Source of the DNA: an uncultured delta proteobacterium
GTDB taxonomy: Bacteria > Desulfobacterota > RBG-13-43-22
Reading direction: 5' to 3'
DNA length: 64,000 nt
Assembly (NCBI GenBank): GCA_963790475.1
Contig: CAWBOS010000013.1
Coordinates: 192,001 to 256,000 of the forward strand
This document shows positions 1 to 9,086 of the stretch, piece by piece. The stretch's first letter is position 1; each line of letters opens with the position of its first letter. Position numbers and translations under genes: made by a program. The notes beneath the pieces were generated by a model. That model saw only the letters and a list, made by a program, of their open reading frames with translations, made no database searches and was not told where the DNA came from.

Positions 1-71
1 AAATCGTAGCCAAAGGGTCGGTTCCGTCCAAGGCCCAACTGATTGAATGGTTTAAAAAGGTGGAAGGCTAA
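1..71 (+). CDS. 3' end of a small thioredoxin-like protein (MTH895/ArsE type), partial
   Basis: Frame from position 3 reads IVAKGSVPSKAQLIEWFKKVEG*, resembling the C-terminus of the 4966..5214 protein (VKSSGKVPKKEEIKDW). Confidence 0.55.
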   Translation, partial: IVAKGSVPSKAQLIEWFKKVEG

Positions 72-74
72 AAC

Positions 75-299
75 ATGGCCAAAGCGATTGTCTTAACCTT
101 TACCGAGGAAGAAATTCAGACCATTTTGCGCATCGATCTGGACAGTGATCAAACAGGGGCCTTACATTTTATTCGAGAGACAATCGGCAAAAAATTAAAG
201 GTCCTCAGCCGTCCCCATTGTGTACCGGTCTTTGAGGTCACTTACAGCCCCAGGCAAAAAGAGGCCTTTCAACCCACGGGAAAGAACGAAAATCTATGA
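75..299 (+). CDS. Hypothetical 74-aa protein in the ars operon
   Basis: Starts 3 nt after the previous stop; single Cys in PHCVPVFE; family not recognised. Confidence 0.6.
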   Translation: MAKAIVLTFTEEEIQTILRIDLDSDQTGALHFIRETIGKKLKVLSRPHCVPVFEVTYSPRQKEAFQPTGKNENL

Positions 300-320
300 A
301 AAAACATAAGGTAAAAACCC

Positions 321-644
321 ATGCTTAACATCCAACTTCTTCATACCCAAGGCTGACCGGCCAAAGACAAGGCGCTGGAAGCGATTCGAAAAGTACTTGA
401 AGAAAAACGGATCGGTGGCTCGATTGAAGAAATTTTAATTGCCACCGAAGAAGAAGCCCGGAGAAATAATTTTTTGGGTTCTCCAACCATCAAGATCAAT
501 GGGACGGACCTGGAGCCTTCAGCCAGGCATCTTTCCCAAACCGGCCTGGGCTGACGGTTTTATGTCTCTGAGGATGGTCGATTCTCAAAAATGCCGCCGG
601 AATCTTTAATAAGAGAACAAATTGACTTTTTTATGAATAGTTAA
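321..644 (+). CDS. Predicted selenoprotein with two Sec residues; thioredoxin fold, DUF2703-like
   Basis: ATG 321 to TAA 644 with in-frame TGA at 354-356 and 552-554: [28 protein letters not shown]...[24 protein letters not shown]...[28 protein letters not shown]. Both TGAs fall where this family has GCP and CRxY. The gene fills the gap between 299 and acr3. Confidence 0.85.
357..387 (+). promoter_or_regulatory. Candidate bacterial SECIS element 1
   Basis: Hairpin CGCT-GGA-AGCG (373-383); loop begins with G, 20 nt after the TGA; stem is short. Confidence 0.5.
555..596 (+). promoter_or_regulatory. Candidate bacterial SECIS element 2
   Basis: 7-bp upper stem TGAGGAT/ATTCTCA (569-587) with loop GGTCG starting 21 nt after the TGA; lower pairing CGG.TTTT/AAAA.CCG. 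Confidence 0.7.
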
Positions 645-660
645 AAAGGAGGATGGTCAA

Positions 661-1752
661 ATGACCGAAACGATTCCTAAGAAACTTTCTTTTCTGGACC
701 GTTTTCTAACCCTGTGGATCTTCCTGGCCATGCTGGTAGGCGTAGGATCCGGATATCTTTTTCCCCAGGTGGTCGGATTCTGGAATCTCTTTCAGGTGGA
801 CACCACCAATATCCCTATCGCCATCGGGCTGATCCTGATGATGTACCCTCCCCTGGCCAAGGTCAAATATGAAGAACTCGGGGAAGTCTTTAAAAATTAT
901 AAAGTACTGACACTTTCCCTGGTCCAGAACTGGGTCATCGGCCCGATCCTGATGTTTTTCCTGGCCATCCTCTTTCTGGCCGGATATCCGGAATACATGG
1001 TCGGTTTGATCATGATCGGTCTGGCCCGCTGCATCGCCATGGTCATCGTCTGGAACGAGCTGGCCTCCGGGGATACCGAATACTGTGCCGGCCTGGTAGC
1101 CTTCAATTCCATCTTCCAGGTCCTTTTCTTCTCTCTCTATGCCTATATCTTTATTACCATCCTGCCCGGCTGGTTCGGCTTGAAAGGCACGGTGGTCAAT
1201 ATCTCCATCGGTCAGATCGCCAAAAGCGTCTTTATCTATCTGGGGATTCCCTTTATCGCCGGGATCATTACCCGTTTCACCCTGATCAAGATCAAGGACA
1301 AAACCTGGTATCATGAAAAATTCATCCCCAAAATCAGCCCTATCACCCTCATTGCGCTGCTCTTTACCATCATCGTCATGTTTTCCCTCAAGGGGGAATA
1401 CATCGTTCAGCTGCCTCTGGATGTGATCCGTATCGCCATCCCGCTGACCATTTATTTCATCATTATGTTTTTTATCTCCTTTTATATGTCCATGAAAGTC
1501 AAGGCCACCTATGAACAGGCCACAACGTTAAGTTTCACCGCCGCCTCCAACAATTTCGAATTGGCCATTGCCGTAGCCGTGGCCGTCTTCGGCATCAACT
1601 CCGGCGCGGCTTTTGCCGCGGTCATCGGCCCCCTGGTGGAAGTCCCGGTCCTGATCAGTCTGGTCAGTGTGGCCCTGTGGTTTAGACGAAGATACTTTCC
1701 CTTTGCCTTGGAGACACCGACCGGTGTCTGTCATCTGACCTGCAAACCTTAA
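661..1752 (+). CDS. acr3: ACR3-family arsenite efflux transporter
   Basis: [46 protein letters not shown] and GPLVEVPV motifs; RBS AGGAGG. Confidence 0.96.
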   Translation: MTETIPKKLSFLDRFLTLWIFLAMLVGVGSGYLFPQVVGFWNLFQVDTTNIPIAIGLILMMYPPLAKVKYEELGEVFKNYKVLTLSLVQNWVIGPILMFFLAILFLAGYPEYMVGLIMIGLARCIAMVIVWNELASGDTEYCAGLVAFNSIFQVLFFSLYAYIFITILPGWFGLKGTVVNISIGQIAKSVFIYLGIPFIAGIITRFTLIKIKDKTWYHEKFIPKISPITLIALLFTIIVMFSLKGEYIVQLPLDVIRIAIPLTIYFIIMFFISFYMSMKVKATYEQATTLSFTAASNNFELAIAVAVAVFGINSGAAFAAVIGPLVEVPVLISLVSVALWFRRRYFPFALETPTGVCHLTCKP

Positions 1753-1769
1753 GGAAGGAGTAATCTGGA

Positions 1770-2294
1770 ATGTTATTGGAAACCTACAGGCTGGAAATTT
1801 TTAATTCAAAGTGCAACCCTGGGGCCATGGCCGTCCATTGTTTCGCCCATCTGGATCAGGACGTAAGCCCGGCCATCCCCTATTTAAACGCGGTTTTGGG
1901 CGGATTCGGCTTCACCAAGGACCCTCCCTCGGTCACCTTCCGGTCTCAGGGCAAGCTCATCACCGTCCATGGAGACAAAATCGCTGTGAATGCCCTAAAG
2001 GATGAAGCTGAAGCCCGAAAAATCGTCGAATGGCTGAAGAGAGAAATCAATGAGGCTTGGGAAAAACGGGATGAAATCGAGCCTTCCTACGAAAGCCTGC
2101 CCCGGCCCCAAGTCATGCCGATTCTTAAACTGCTGCCAAAAACCAATTGCCGGGAATGTGGAGAGCCGACCTGCATGGTTTTCGCCGTATCCGTTACCGA
2201 AGGGATAAAAGGAGCGGAGGACTGCCCCTCCCTGTCCCAGGAAAACAAACATAAACTGGGAATATACTTAAGTCCTTTTAAACTGGACTTATAG
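1770..2294 (+). CDS. (Fe-S)-binding protein with a C-terminal putative Fe-S cluster domain
   Basis: LPKTNCRECGEPTCMVFA...CP motif; RBS AAGGAG. Confidence 0.8.
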   Translation: MLLETYRLEIFNSKCNPGAMAVHCFAHLDQDVSPAIPYLNAVLGGFGFTKDPPSVTFRSQGKLITVHGDKIAVNALKDEAEARKIVEWLKREINEAWEKRDEIEPSYESLPRPQVMPILKLLPKTNCRECGEPTCMVFAVSVTEGIKGAEDCPSLSQENKHKLGIYLSPFKLDL

Positions 2295-2400
2295 GCCGTC
2301 ATGGCAACGCTTTATAAAAATATTCTCTATTCTGACATCTTTTGGGTAATCGCCAACTAATCTATCATGGTATTGAATTACTTTTTATTTCTCTTTTTAC

Positions 2401-2440
2401 TTGACAAACAAGCCAGCAGAAACTATATTACCATATAGTT
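2401..2440 (+). promoter_or_regulatory. Sigma70 promoter with an overlapping palindromic ArsR-type operator
   Basis: TTGACA-N17-TATATT; perfect inverted repeat AACTATAT-TACC-ATATAGTT at 2421-2440. Confidence 0.75.
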
Positions 2441-2494
2441 ATTTAGGGAACAAAACAAGCGAGACTTAGGAACGGTTAGATTCGGAGCAAAGCC

Positions 2495-3571
2495 ATGAAT
2501 GATAAAGTATCCTGTGAATGTATGGAAACAACCATTACGGATTCAACTCAAATAAATCTAAGGAAAAAACTGGTTATCTTGCCGATAACCCTGGTGGTCT
2601 GGTGGATTATTTATCATCAATTACCGAAGGTTACCGGATGGTTGACCTTTGATCTATTCAGTTTGGGAAGAGGGACGCATTTAGGGGAGGCCATCGCCTT
2701 TTTTCTCTATGATGTTCCTAAGGTATTAATGCTTCTGGTCTTGGTCGTATTTGGCGTGGGACTCTTGCGCTCTTTCTTTACCCCGGAAAAAACGAGGGGT
2801 ATCTTAGCCGGTAAAAAAGAGTCCGTAGGCAATGTACTGGCCGCCGGGCTGGGGATTGCCACTCCTTTTTGTACCTGTTCAGCCATCCCGCTATTTATCG
2901 GCTTTGTCGAGGCCGGGGTTCCCCTGGGGGTGACCTTGTCCTTTTTGATCTCCGCCCCCATGATCAATGAAATCGCTCTGGTATTATTATTCGGCCTTTT
3001 CGGCTGGAAAGTGGCCGCCCTTTATCTGACCACCGGGTTGCTGATTGCCATTGTCAGCGGCTGGGTGATCGGCCGGCTGGGCATGGAAAGATATATCGAA
3101 GATTGGGTCCGGGAAATCAGGAGTAACGGTGTTCCGTTAATGATGGAAAAACTGACCTGGTCCGGCCGGATCGACTATGCCTGGCAAGCCGTTAAAGATA
3201 TAGTCGGTAAGGTCTGGATCTATGTCATGGCCGGTATTGCCGTAGGGGCGGCCATTCACGGCTATGTGCCGGTGGGTTTCATGGCCTCTTTCATGGGCCG
3301 GGAGGCCTGGTGGTCGGTTCCTCTGGCTGTGATCCTGGGGGTCCCTATGTATTCCAATGCCGCCGGGATCATCCCCATTGTCCAGGCCCTGCTGGAAAAA
3401 GGAGCCGCTCTGGGCACGGTGTTGGCCTTCATGATGGCGGTTATCGGTTTGTCTTTACCGGAAACGATCATTTTAAGAAAGGTATTGAAACCCCGGCTTA
3501 TCGCTGTTTTCATCGGGGTGGTAGCTACAGGGATTCTTCTGGTGGGTTTTCTCTTTAACGCCCTTTTGTAA
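2495..3571 (+). CDS. arsP: ArsP/DUF318 permease
   Basis: TPFCTCSAIP, FLISAPMINE, GVPMYSNAAG and LSLPE motifs; ars context. Confidence 0.85.
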   Translation: MNDKVSCECMETTITDSTQINLRKKLVILPITLVVWWIIYHQLPKVTGWLTFDLFSLGRGTHLGEAIAFFLYDVPKVLMLLVLVVFGVGLLRSFFTPEKTRGILAGKKESVGNVLAAGLGIATPFCTCSAIPLFIGFVEAGVPLGVTLSFLISAPMINEIALVLLFGLFGWKVAALYLTTGLLIAIVSGWVIGRLGMERYIEDWVREIRSNGVPLMMEKLTWSGRIDYAWQAVKDIVGKVWIYVMAGIAVGAAIHGYVPVGFMASFMGREAWWSVPLAVILGVPMYSNAAGIIPIVQALLEKGAALGTVLAFMMAVIGLSLPETIILRKVLKPRLIAVFIGVVATGILLVGFLFNALL

Positions 3572-3579
3572 ATTTTTAC

Positions 3580-3614
3580 TTGACTTTGATAAAAAACAAT
3601 ATAACCATATAGGC
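3580..3614 (+). promoter_or_regulatory. arsR promoter/operator (second operator copy)
   Basis: TTGACT at 3580; AACAATAT-AACC-ATATAGGC (3595-3614) matches the 2421 site at 16/20. Confidence 0.55.
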
Positions 3615-3618
3615 ACTT

Positions 3619-3954
3619 ATGAAAAAATCAGCAGAGATGAACCAAAAAATACTGGAAGGCCAGGCCTCTATACTCAAAGCCCTGGGGCAGCCCACCCGTT
3701 TGCAAATCTTGGAATTGCTAAATAACGGTGAGCGCTGCGTCTGTGAAATATTTCCGGCTATTCATCAGGAACAGGCCAATGTCTCCAAACACCTTTCGAT
3801 CTTGAAACAGGCCGGTATTTTAGAATCCCGGAAGGACGGTTTGCGTATCCTCTACCGGATAAAAACGCCTGAGATTCTGGACCTGCTGACCGGGGTTTCC
3901 AAACTCTTAAAAGCCCAGGCCAATGAACAGCATCGTTTAATGACCCGATTATAA
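3619..3954 (+). CDS. arsR: ArsR/SmtB-family metalloregulator
   Basis: LKALGQPTRLQIL, ERCVCEI and NVSKHLSILKQAG. Confidence 0.9.
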   Translation: MKKSAEMNQKILEGQASILKALGQPTRLQILELLNNGERCVCEIFPAIHQEQANVSKHLSILKQAGILESRKDGLRILYRIKTPEILDLLTGVSKLLKAQANEQHRLMTRL

Positions 3955-3973
3955 ATTTTTTTAGCCATTAAGT

Positions 3974-3993
3974 TACTAATTATTCATATAGTT
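3974..3993 (+). promoter_or_regulatory. Degenerate third operator copy upstream of the CDF gene
   Basis: TACTAATT-ATTC-ATATAGTT; right half-site identical to the 2421 site. Confidence 0.4.
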
Positions 3994-4005
3994 AATAAGT
4001 GTTTT

Positions 4006-4953
4006 ATGGAATCTCATCCCCATAATCATAATCCGGAGACCTCCTGGGGTAAACGCCTGTTCATCACCATGGTGATGAATCTGTTGATCCCGGCCGTTCA
4101 GATTATCGTCGGAATCATAGCCGGCAGCATGGCCCTGATCAGCGATGCCTTGCACAACCTGAGCGATTTTGCCTCCATTCTGATCAGCTACCTGGCCTTA
4201 AAAATCGGCCAACGAGGTCCTACCCTTTCCCAAAGCTTCGGCTACCGGCGAGTGGAGGTCATGGCCGCTGTCTTCAATGTGGCTCTCCTTTTTGGAGCCG
4301 GGCTTTACATCACCGTCGAAGGCTGGATCCGTTTGAAAAATCCGACGGTCATTCATGGGGATTGGGTCATCTGGGCCGCCCTTCTGGGTATTGTCGCCAA
4401 CGGGATCTCTACCTGGATGCTCTATTCCGGGTCTAAAGAAAACCTCAACATGCGTGGGGCCTTCGTGCACATGTTGACCGATACCCTGACTTCCTTCGGA
4501 GTTGCTTTGCTGGGGGTCCTCTGGTTGTTTCGTCCCTGGTACTGGTTGGACCCGATCGTCTCCTGGGCCATCGTGGTCTTGATTCTATACAGCGGCTGGG
4601 GTATTCTGAAAGAAGCCTTGCTCATCTTAATGAATGCCGTCCCGGCAGGTATAGACCTGGAGACTATACAAAAAGAGGTGGAATTGATTGATGGTGTGGA
4701 TGATCTGCATCACCTCCATGTCTGGAACCCTGCTTCCGGGTCGATTGCCCTGGCTGCTCATGTGATCGTACCGGACCAGATGTTGGGAGGGGTTGATGTT
4801 CTGGCCCAAAAGGTAAGGGCACTGCTCCTTTCCAAATTCAACATTGACCATCCCATTTTACAATTTGAGACCAAGGCCTATGCGGCAAAAGATTTATTAT
4901 GCAACCTTTGTCAAAATAATCCCAATACGATAAAAGGAAATAATTGTAGTTAA
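4006..4953 (+). CDS. Cation diffusion facilitator (CzcD/ZitB-like)
   Basis: SDALHNLSD, NLNMRGAFVHMLTD, HHLHVW and HPILQFE; His-rich N-terminus. Confidence 0.92.
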   Translation: MESHPHNHNPETSWGKRLFITMVMNLLIPAVQIIVGIIAGSMALISDALHNLSDFASILISYLALKIGQRGPTLSQSFGYRRVEVMAAVFNVALLFGAGLYITVEGWIRLKNPTVIHGDWVIWAALLGIVANGISTWMLYSGSKENLNMRGAFVHMLTDTLTSFGVALLGVLWLFRPWYWLDPIVSWAIVVLILYSGWGILKEALLILMNAVPAGIDLETIQKEVELIDGVDDLHHLHVWNPASGSIALAAHVIVPDQMLGGVDVLAQKVRALLLSKFNIDHPILQFETKAYAAKDLLCNLCQNNPNTIKGNNCS

Positions 4954-4965
4954 GGAGGTTTTATA

Positions 4966-5214
4966 ATGGAAATCAAAGTTCTGGGACCCGGATGTCCCAA
5001 ATGTCAGCAAACCGAAAAAATCGTCAAGGAAGCCGTGGCCGAAGCAGGAGTGGATGCCCAAGTGGAAAAAATTACCGATATTATGAAAATCATGACCTTT
5101 GGGGTCATAAGCACCCCGGCCGTTGTAGTGGACGGTCAAGTCAAATCGTCGGGGAAAGTCCCCAAAAAAGAGGAAATAAAAGATTGGATTAGACAAGCAA
5201 AAGTCGCCTCCTGA
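4966..5214 (+). CDS. MTH895/ArsE-family small thioredoxin
   Basis: MEIKVLGPGCPKC...TPAVVVDG; RBS AAGGAGG. Confidence 0.9.
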   Translation: MEIKVLGPGCPKCQQTEKIVKEAVAEAGVDAQVEKITDIMKIMTFGVISTPAVVVDGQVKSSGKVPKKEEIKDWIRQAKVAS

Positions 5215-5312
5215 TCCTGGTCTCCGGTCCGGATGCAGGAAGTTCTCCTGCCCCTAAAGGAAACCTTGATCGGTCGATCCTGCTGCGGGGAGCCGATCTA
5301 TGATGATTAGCA

Positions 5313-5889
5313 GGAGACAAGGTCATCTCCAAATATTTATCCGAGAAAATAAAAGACTGCCACTATCTCCGAGGAAGAATTGAAAATTTTATATAACCAA
5401 AACAAAGAGATGATAGGCAATGTCCCTTTTGAACAGGCTCAGCAGATTCGGGAGATATTGAAGGACTATCCGGTTGGGCAAAAGAGGGAAGCAGCCGTTA
5501 ACCAATACATCCTGACCCTTGGACGGCAAACACCTATTCAAGTAAATGAAGATTGGGTAAAAAAACAAAGCGTCTTAACTCTGGATAACCCAGTGGATCG
5601 GGCCAGACGGTCCGGCAAGCCAACCATGGTTGAATTCGGGGCCACCGGATGTGTCCCCTGCGATATGATGACCCCCATCCTGGCCGACCTTAGAAAGAAA
5701 TTTCCAGAGAAATTGAATGTCCTTTTCGTCCATGTAGGGCAGGAAAAAATATTGGGTGCCCGTTTTAAAATTCAGGGCATCCCGATCCAGGTCTTCTTCG
5801 ACAAAGACGGCCAGGAGGTTTTCCGACATACCGGTTTTTTCCCTCAATCGGAGCTTGAAAATAAAATGGGTCAACTGGGTTTGATATAG
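5313..5889 (+). pseudogene. N-terminally decayed periplasmic thioredoxin with a SurA-like N-terminal region
   Basis: C-terminal Trx domain (EFGATGCVPC, IPIQVFFD). Upstream DKVISKYLSEKIK joins TATISEEELK through a frameshift at the A-run near 5351. No start codon or signal peptide. Confidence 0.6.
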
Positions 5890-5918
5890 TTCGTACAGGA
5901 CATAGGATATCGAGAAAC

Positions 5919-6221
5919 AAGGAAGTCCCGGTCAAAGGCATGGTTAACCTGATCGACCTGGGGGCCGATTCCTGCCTGCCTTGTAAGATGATGGCCCCAA
6001 TTCTGGAAAAATTGGAAAAAATCTATCAAGGCAAGGCGGCCATCATTTTCATCGATGTCAGGAAGTTCCCGGATCAAGCCAAACGGTTTGGTATCCGGGC
6101 CATACCAACACAAATCTTTTTTGATAAAAAAGGCAAGGAAGTTTACCGCCATGAAGGGTTTATGAGCGAAAAACAAAATGTTGAAATTATTGCCCACATG
6201 CAATAGATAGGGGCCAACTGA
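5919..6221 (+). pseudogene. Thioredoxin with N-terminus missing and a probable premature TAG near the end
   Basis: KEVPVKGMVNLIDLGADSCLPCKMM...IPTQIFFD; no upstream in-frame start; ends MQ*IGAN*. May still be translated from ATG 5940. Confidence 0.6.
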
Positions 6222-6225
6222 AAAA

Positions 6226-6930
6226 ATGCTGGAAAATATTTTTATGACCGTCAATGAATGGCTTATCGGGGGCACCACCATCGCCTTTATCGGGGCTTTT
6301 TTCTGGGGTATGATCAGTGTGGCCTTCAGTCCTTGTCACTTGGCTTCCATCCCTTTGATTGTGGCTTATGTGGGGGGTCAGGAAAAGATGATACAGGCCC
6401 GGCAGGCCGTTTATTACTCCATTGCCTTTACCTCGGGTCTATTTGTCACCATTGCCATCATAGGGATAATCTGTGCCCTCCTGGGCCGGATGCTGGGGGA
6501 TGTGGGCAATTACTGGCAAATCCTTGTGGGGCTGGTTTTGGTCTGGGTGTCTTTGGGTATGCTGGGGGTCGAGAAATGCTCCATGTCGGGCAACCTTTTA
6601 TACCGTCTTAATCTAAAAGGGATTCGGGGGGCCCTGGTTCTTGGTCTGGCTTACGGGGTCCTCTCCGGTTCTTGTACCTTCGGATTTATTGCCCCCATAC
6701 TGGCCATCATCACCATTCAAAAAATGGTCCTCTATGGGATCATCATGATCCTCCTTTTCGCCCTGGGGCATTGCTTGCCTATTGTTGTGGCTGGAAGTTC
6801 CACGGCCGCTGTCCGTAAACTTATTGAAAATCAATCCTGGCAAACCGGAGGCCAGTGGTTCCGCCGCGGGGCCGGTGTGCTCATCGGGCTTCTGGGTCTC
6901 TATTTTATAGTTAATCCATTTATTACCTAA
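6226..6930 (+). CDS. ccdA: CcdA/DsbD-family thiol-disulfide transporter
   Basis: FSPCHLASIP and SGSCTFGF Cys motifs; about 6 TM segments. Confidence 0.88.
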   Translation: MLENIFMTVNEWLIGGTTIAFIGAFFWGMISVAFSPCHLASIPLIVAYVGGQEKMIQARQAVYYSIAFTSGLFVTIAIIGIICALLGRMLGDVGNYWQILVGLVLVWVSLGMLGVEKCSMSGNLLYRLNLKGIRGALVLGLAYGVLSGSCTFGFIAPILAIITIQKMVLYGIIMILLFALGHCLPIVVAGSSTAAVRKLIENQSWQTGGQWFRRGAGVLIGLLGLYFIVNPFIT

Positions 6931-7026
6931 CCCTTAAACCTTTGTAAGCAGCTGACTCTATAAGGAATTGATCGAACCGGAGAATTTTCAATATTTATAC
7001 TCTTTTGAAGAGGAAGGGGAATCGGC

Positions 7027-7236
7027 ATGACCCGACCGACCATTAACGAAACGGACAAGCAAAAGCCTCAGGAGATCATCACTTCTTCGCCGCAAAGGAA
7101 TGAAAATGACCTGATGCTTTGCGGACCCGGTTGCGATTGTGGCAAGCAGACCAAAACCAGCAAATTGAAAATCGTGATCATGCTGATCATCCTGGCGGCT
7201 GTGGCGATCGCTTTGATTTACAAGAGAACATTATGA
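7027..7236 (+). CDS. Small Cys-cluster membrane peptide
   Basis: CGPGCDC followed by a hydrophobic C-terminal helix; purine-rich RBS. Confidence 0.5.
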   Translation: MTRPTINETDKQKPQEIITSSPQRNENDLMLCGPGCDCGKQTKTSKLKIVIMLIILAAVAIALIYKRTL

Positions 7237-7440
7237 ATATAAACTAAGAGTTTTGTCCCACCCTCCCCCTCGTAAAAGCAGAAATCCTGGAATATTAGGA
7301 AGTTTTGGATCCTTACGCCTACCCCCGGACCAGATCCGGGGTTCGCTGGATTGGCAGATTTAGGACCTTCTGATAGGCAAAGGTTATCACGCTAAAACAA
7401 ACTTCCCTATCGTCCTTATTTTAAAAGCCCAATTTTTTTA

Positions 7441-7469
7441 TTGACACATATACTACAATGTGGTACAAA
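7441..7469 (+). promoter_or_regulatory. Promoter of the XRE regulator with a palindromic operator in the spacer
   Basis: TTGACA-N17-TACAAA with extended TG; ATACTACAATGTGGTAC at 7450-7466. Confidence 0.65.
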
Positions 7470-7511
7470 AAACCTAAACTAATTTGTGATCGGGGGTAAC
7501 CCGAGTTAATT

Positions 7512-7892
7512 ATGGAAAGTGCAGAATTCGTTCATTACCGAAAACAATTAGGATTGACCCAGAAGAAATTGGCCCAACTGCTGGCGATTTCGATCAAGAC
7601 CGTCCACAGCTACGAACAAGGATGGCGCAACATTCCAGAGAATATAGAAAAGCAATTCTTTTTTTTGATTTCAAGACAAAACCCACCTACCTTAAACTCC
7701 CAACTATGCTGGTTTATTAAAAAATGCCCTGCCGAGAGAAAAAAGCAGTGCCCGGCCTGGAAGTATAAAACCGGCCACCTATGCTGGTTTATCAACGGGA
7801 CTATCTGTGAAGGAAAAGTTCACAAAAATTGGAGCGACAAGATCGAAATCTGTAAGACCTGCCAAGTTTTTAAACCTATTCTGGACTTTTAA
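7512..7892 (+). CDS. XRE-family HTH regulator with a two-CW Cys-rich domain
   Basis: RKQLGLTQKKLAQLL...SYEQG HTH; then CW..KKC...CPAW...CWFINGTIC...CKTC. Confidence 0.85.
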   Translation: MESAEFVHYRKQLGLTQKKLAQLLAISIKTVHSYEQGWRNIPENIEKQFFFLISRQNPPTLNSQLCWFIKKCPAERKKQCPAWKYKTGHLCWFINGTICEGKVHKNWSDKIEICKTCQVFKPILDF

Positions 7893-7929
7893 TTGGCGGA
7901 TAAAACTTCCAAGTCGATGGAAGACCCTT

Positions 7930-8055
7930 ATGACAGACGAAGAACCATGCAGTTTTGACACCTTAGTCATCCGCTCCGGACAATCGCCGGAATCCCGGGA
8001 AGGGGCGTCCCTGTCTCCGATCTTCCAGACCGCCTCAAACCTTCATCCGACTGGA
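7930..8055 (+). pseudogene. N-terminal remnant of a trans-sulfuration PLP enzyme (MetB/MetC/MetY family)
   Basis: [29 protein letters not shown] resembles FxTxxIHAGQ...PIYQTS; the rest of the gene is absent. Confidence 0.6.
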
Positions 8056-8099
8056 GAAATGAGCATTACCCTGCATCGCATTTTAGAAAGGAGATCTTT

Positions 8100-9074
8100 A
8101 TGACTGAAAAACTTTCATCCAATCGATCCGATCCCAAGCCCCCGAAAGGATCTGCCCAGAGGAAAGGGGACCAAGATTCCAGGGAGCAACAGACAGAATC
8201 TAATGGGGAGGCGATGGGGGTCGACTGGGAACGCCGGGATTTTATTGGCCGTTCGCTGGCGGCTATCAGTAGCATGGGGCTCTTGGGGTCCCTGACAGCT
8301 AAGGCCGCCTCGGCTCTGGAAACCGCCCCTGAGGCCAAACCGCTGGACTATCCGGAAAGCTTTGCCGATGGCAGCTCCCTGGAGCGGATGCGGACAGAAC
8401 TTTTGAAGGCCATGAAAAAGCCCGTCCGGGACCGCAAATGGGTGATGGTGATTGATCAGCAGAAATGTATCGGCTGTAAGGCCTGTACCGTGTCCTGCTG
8501 CGTGGAGAACAATCTCCCGCCGGGTGTGGTCTACCGGGTTGTGCCCGAACAGGAGGTAGGCCAGTTCCCGAATGTGCGCAGGATCTTCACCCCCAGACCC
8601 TGCATGCAATGTGACAACCCCCCCTGTGTGCCGGTCTGCCCGGTCACGGCAACCTGGAAGGGGGAGGATGGGGTCGTGGTCATAGATTATGAGGTATGTA
8701 TTGGTTGCCGCAACTGCGTGGCGGCCTGTCCGTACAATGCACGCACCGCGGATTTCGGGGAATTTTATGGGGCCTCCACCCCGGCGATTATGAATTATGA
8801 AATACGGCCTAATTACGAGTACAGCAAAAAGTGGCGGCGAGATCCCCACCGGGAACGCTCCCCCATCGGAAACGCCCGGAAGTGCCATTTCTGTCTCCAT
8901 CGGCTTCGCGAGGGTATGCTCCCGGCCTGCGTCACGACCTGTGTCGGTGGGGCCACCTATTTCGGGGATTACCATGACCTTCACAGCCTGGTCCATGAGC
9001 TTATAGGCTCTTCACGGGTCACGCGGCTGAAAGAAGAACTGGGAACGAACCCTTCCGTTTATTACCTGGTTTAA
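8100..9074 (+). CDS. 4Fe-4S electron-transfer subunit (TtrB/SrdB-like) with a Tat-like signal
   Basis: RRDFI; [34 protein letters not shown] and KCHFC...PACVTTC. Confidence 0.9.
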   Translation: MTEKLSSNRSDPKPPKGSAQRKGDQDSREQQTESNGEAMGVDWERRDFIGRSLAAISSMGLLGSLTAKAASALETAPEAKPLDYPESFADGSSLERMRTELLKAMKKPVRDRKWVMVIDQQKCIGCKACTVSCCVENNLPPGVVYRVVPEQEVGQFPNVRRIFTPRPCMQCDNPPCVPVCPVTATWKGEDGVVVIDYEVCIGCRNCVAACPYNARTADFGEFYGASTPAIMNYEIRPNYEYSKKWRRDPHRERSPIGNARKCHFCLHRLREGMLPACVTTCVGGATYFGDYHDLHSLVHELIGSSRVTRLKEELGTNPSVYYLV

Positions 9075-9086
9075 AGGAGAAATCTT

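Noticed and set aside
321-644. TGA reassigned to Trp/Gly (genetic code 4 or 25), or a plain pseudogene
   Set aside because: TGA is the normal stop of ligD, glnS, abfD and others in this window. Two random nonsense changes landing on both Cys sites, each with a hairpin, is unlikely.
1770-2294. HgcA/HgcB or AcsC/RnfB assignment
   Set aside because: Only the small Fe-S motif is shared; no corrinoid-binding or ferredoxin domain is present
5212-5310. Sec read-through of the TGA ending the MTH895-type thioredoxin
   Set aside because: The domain is already complete and the TGA is not at a conserved Cys position
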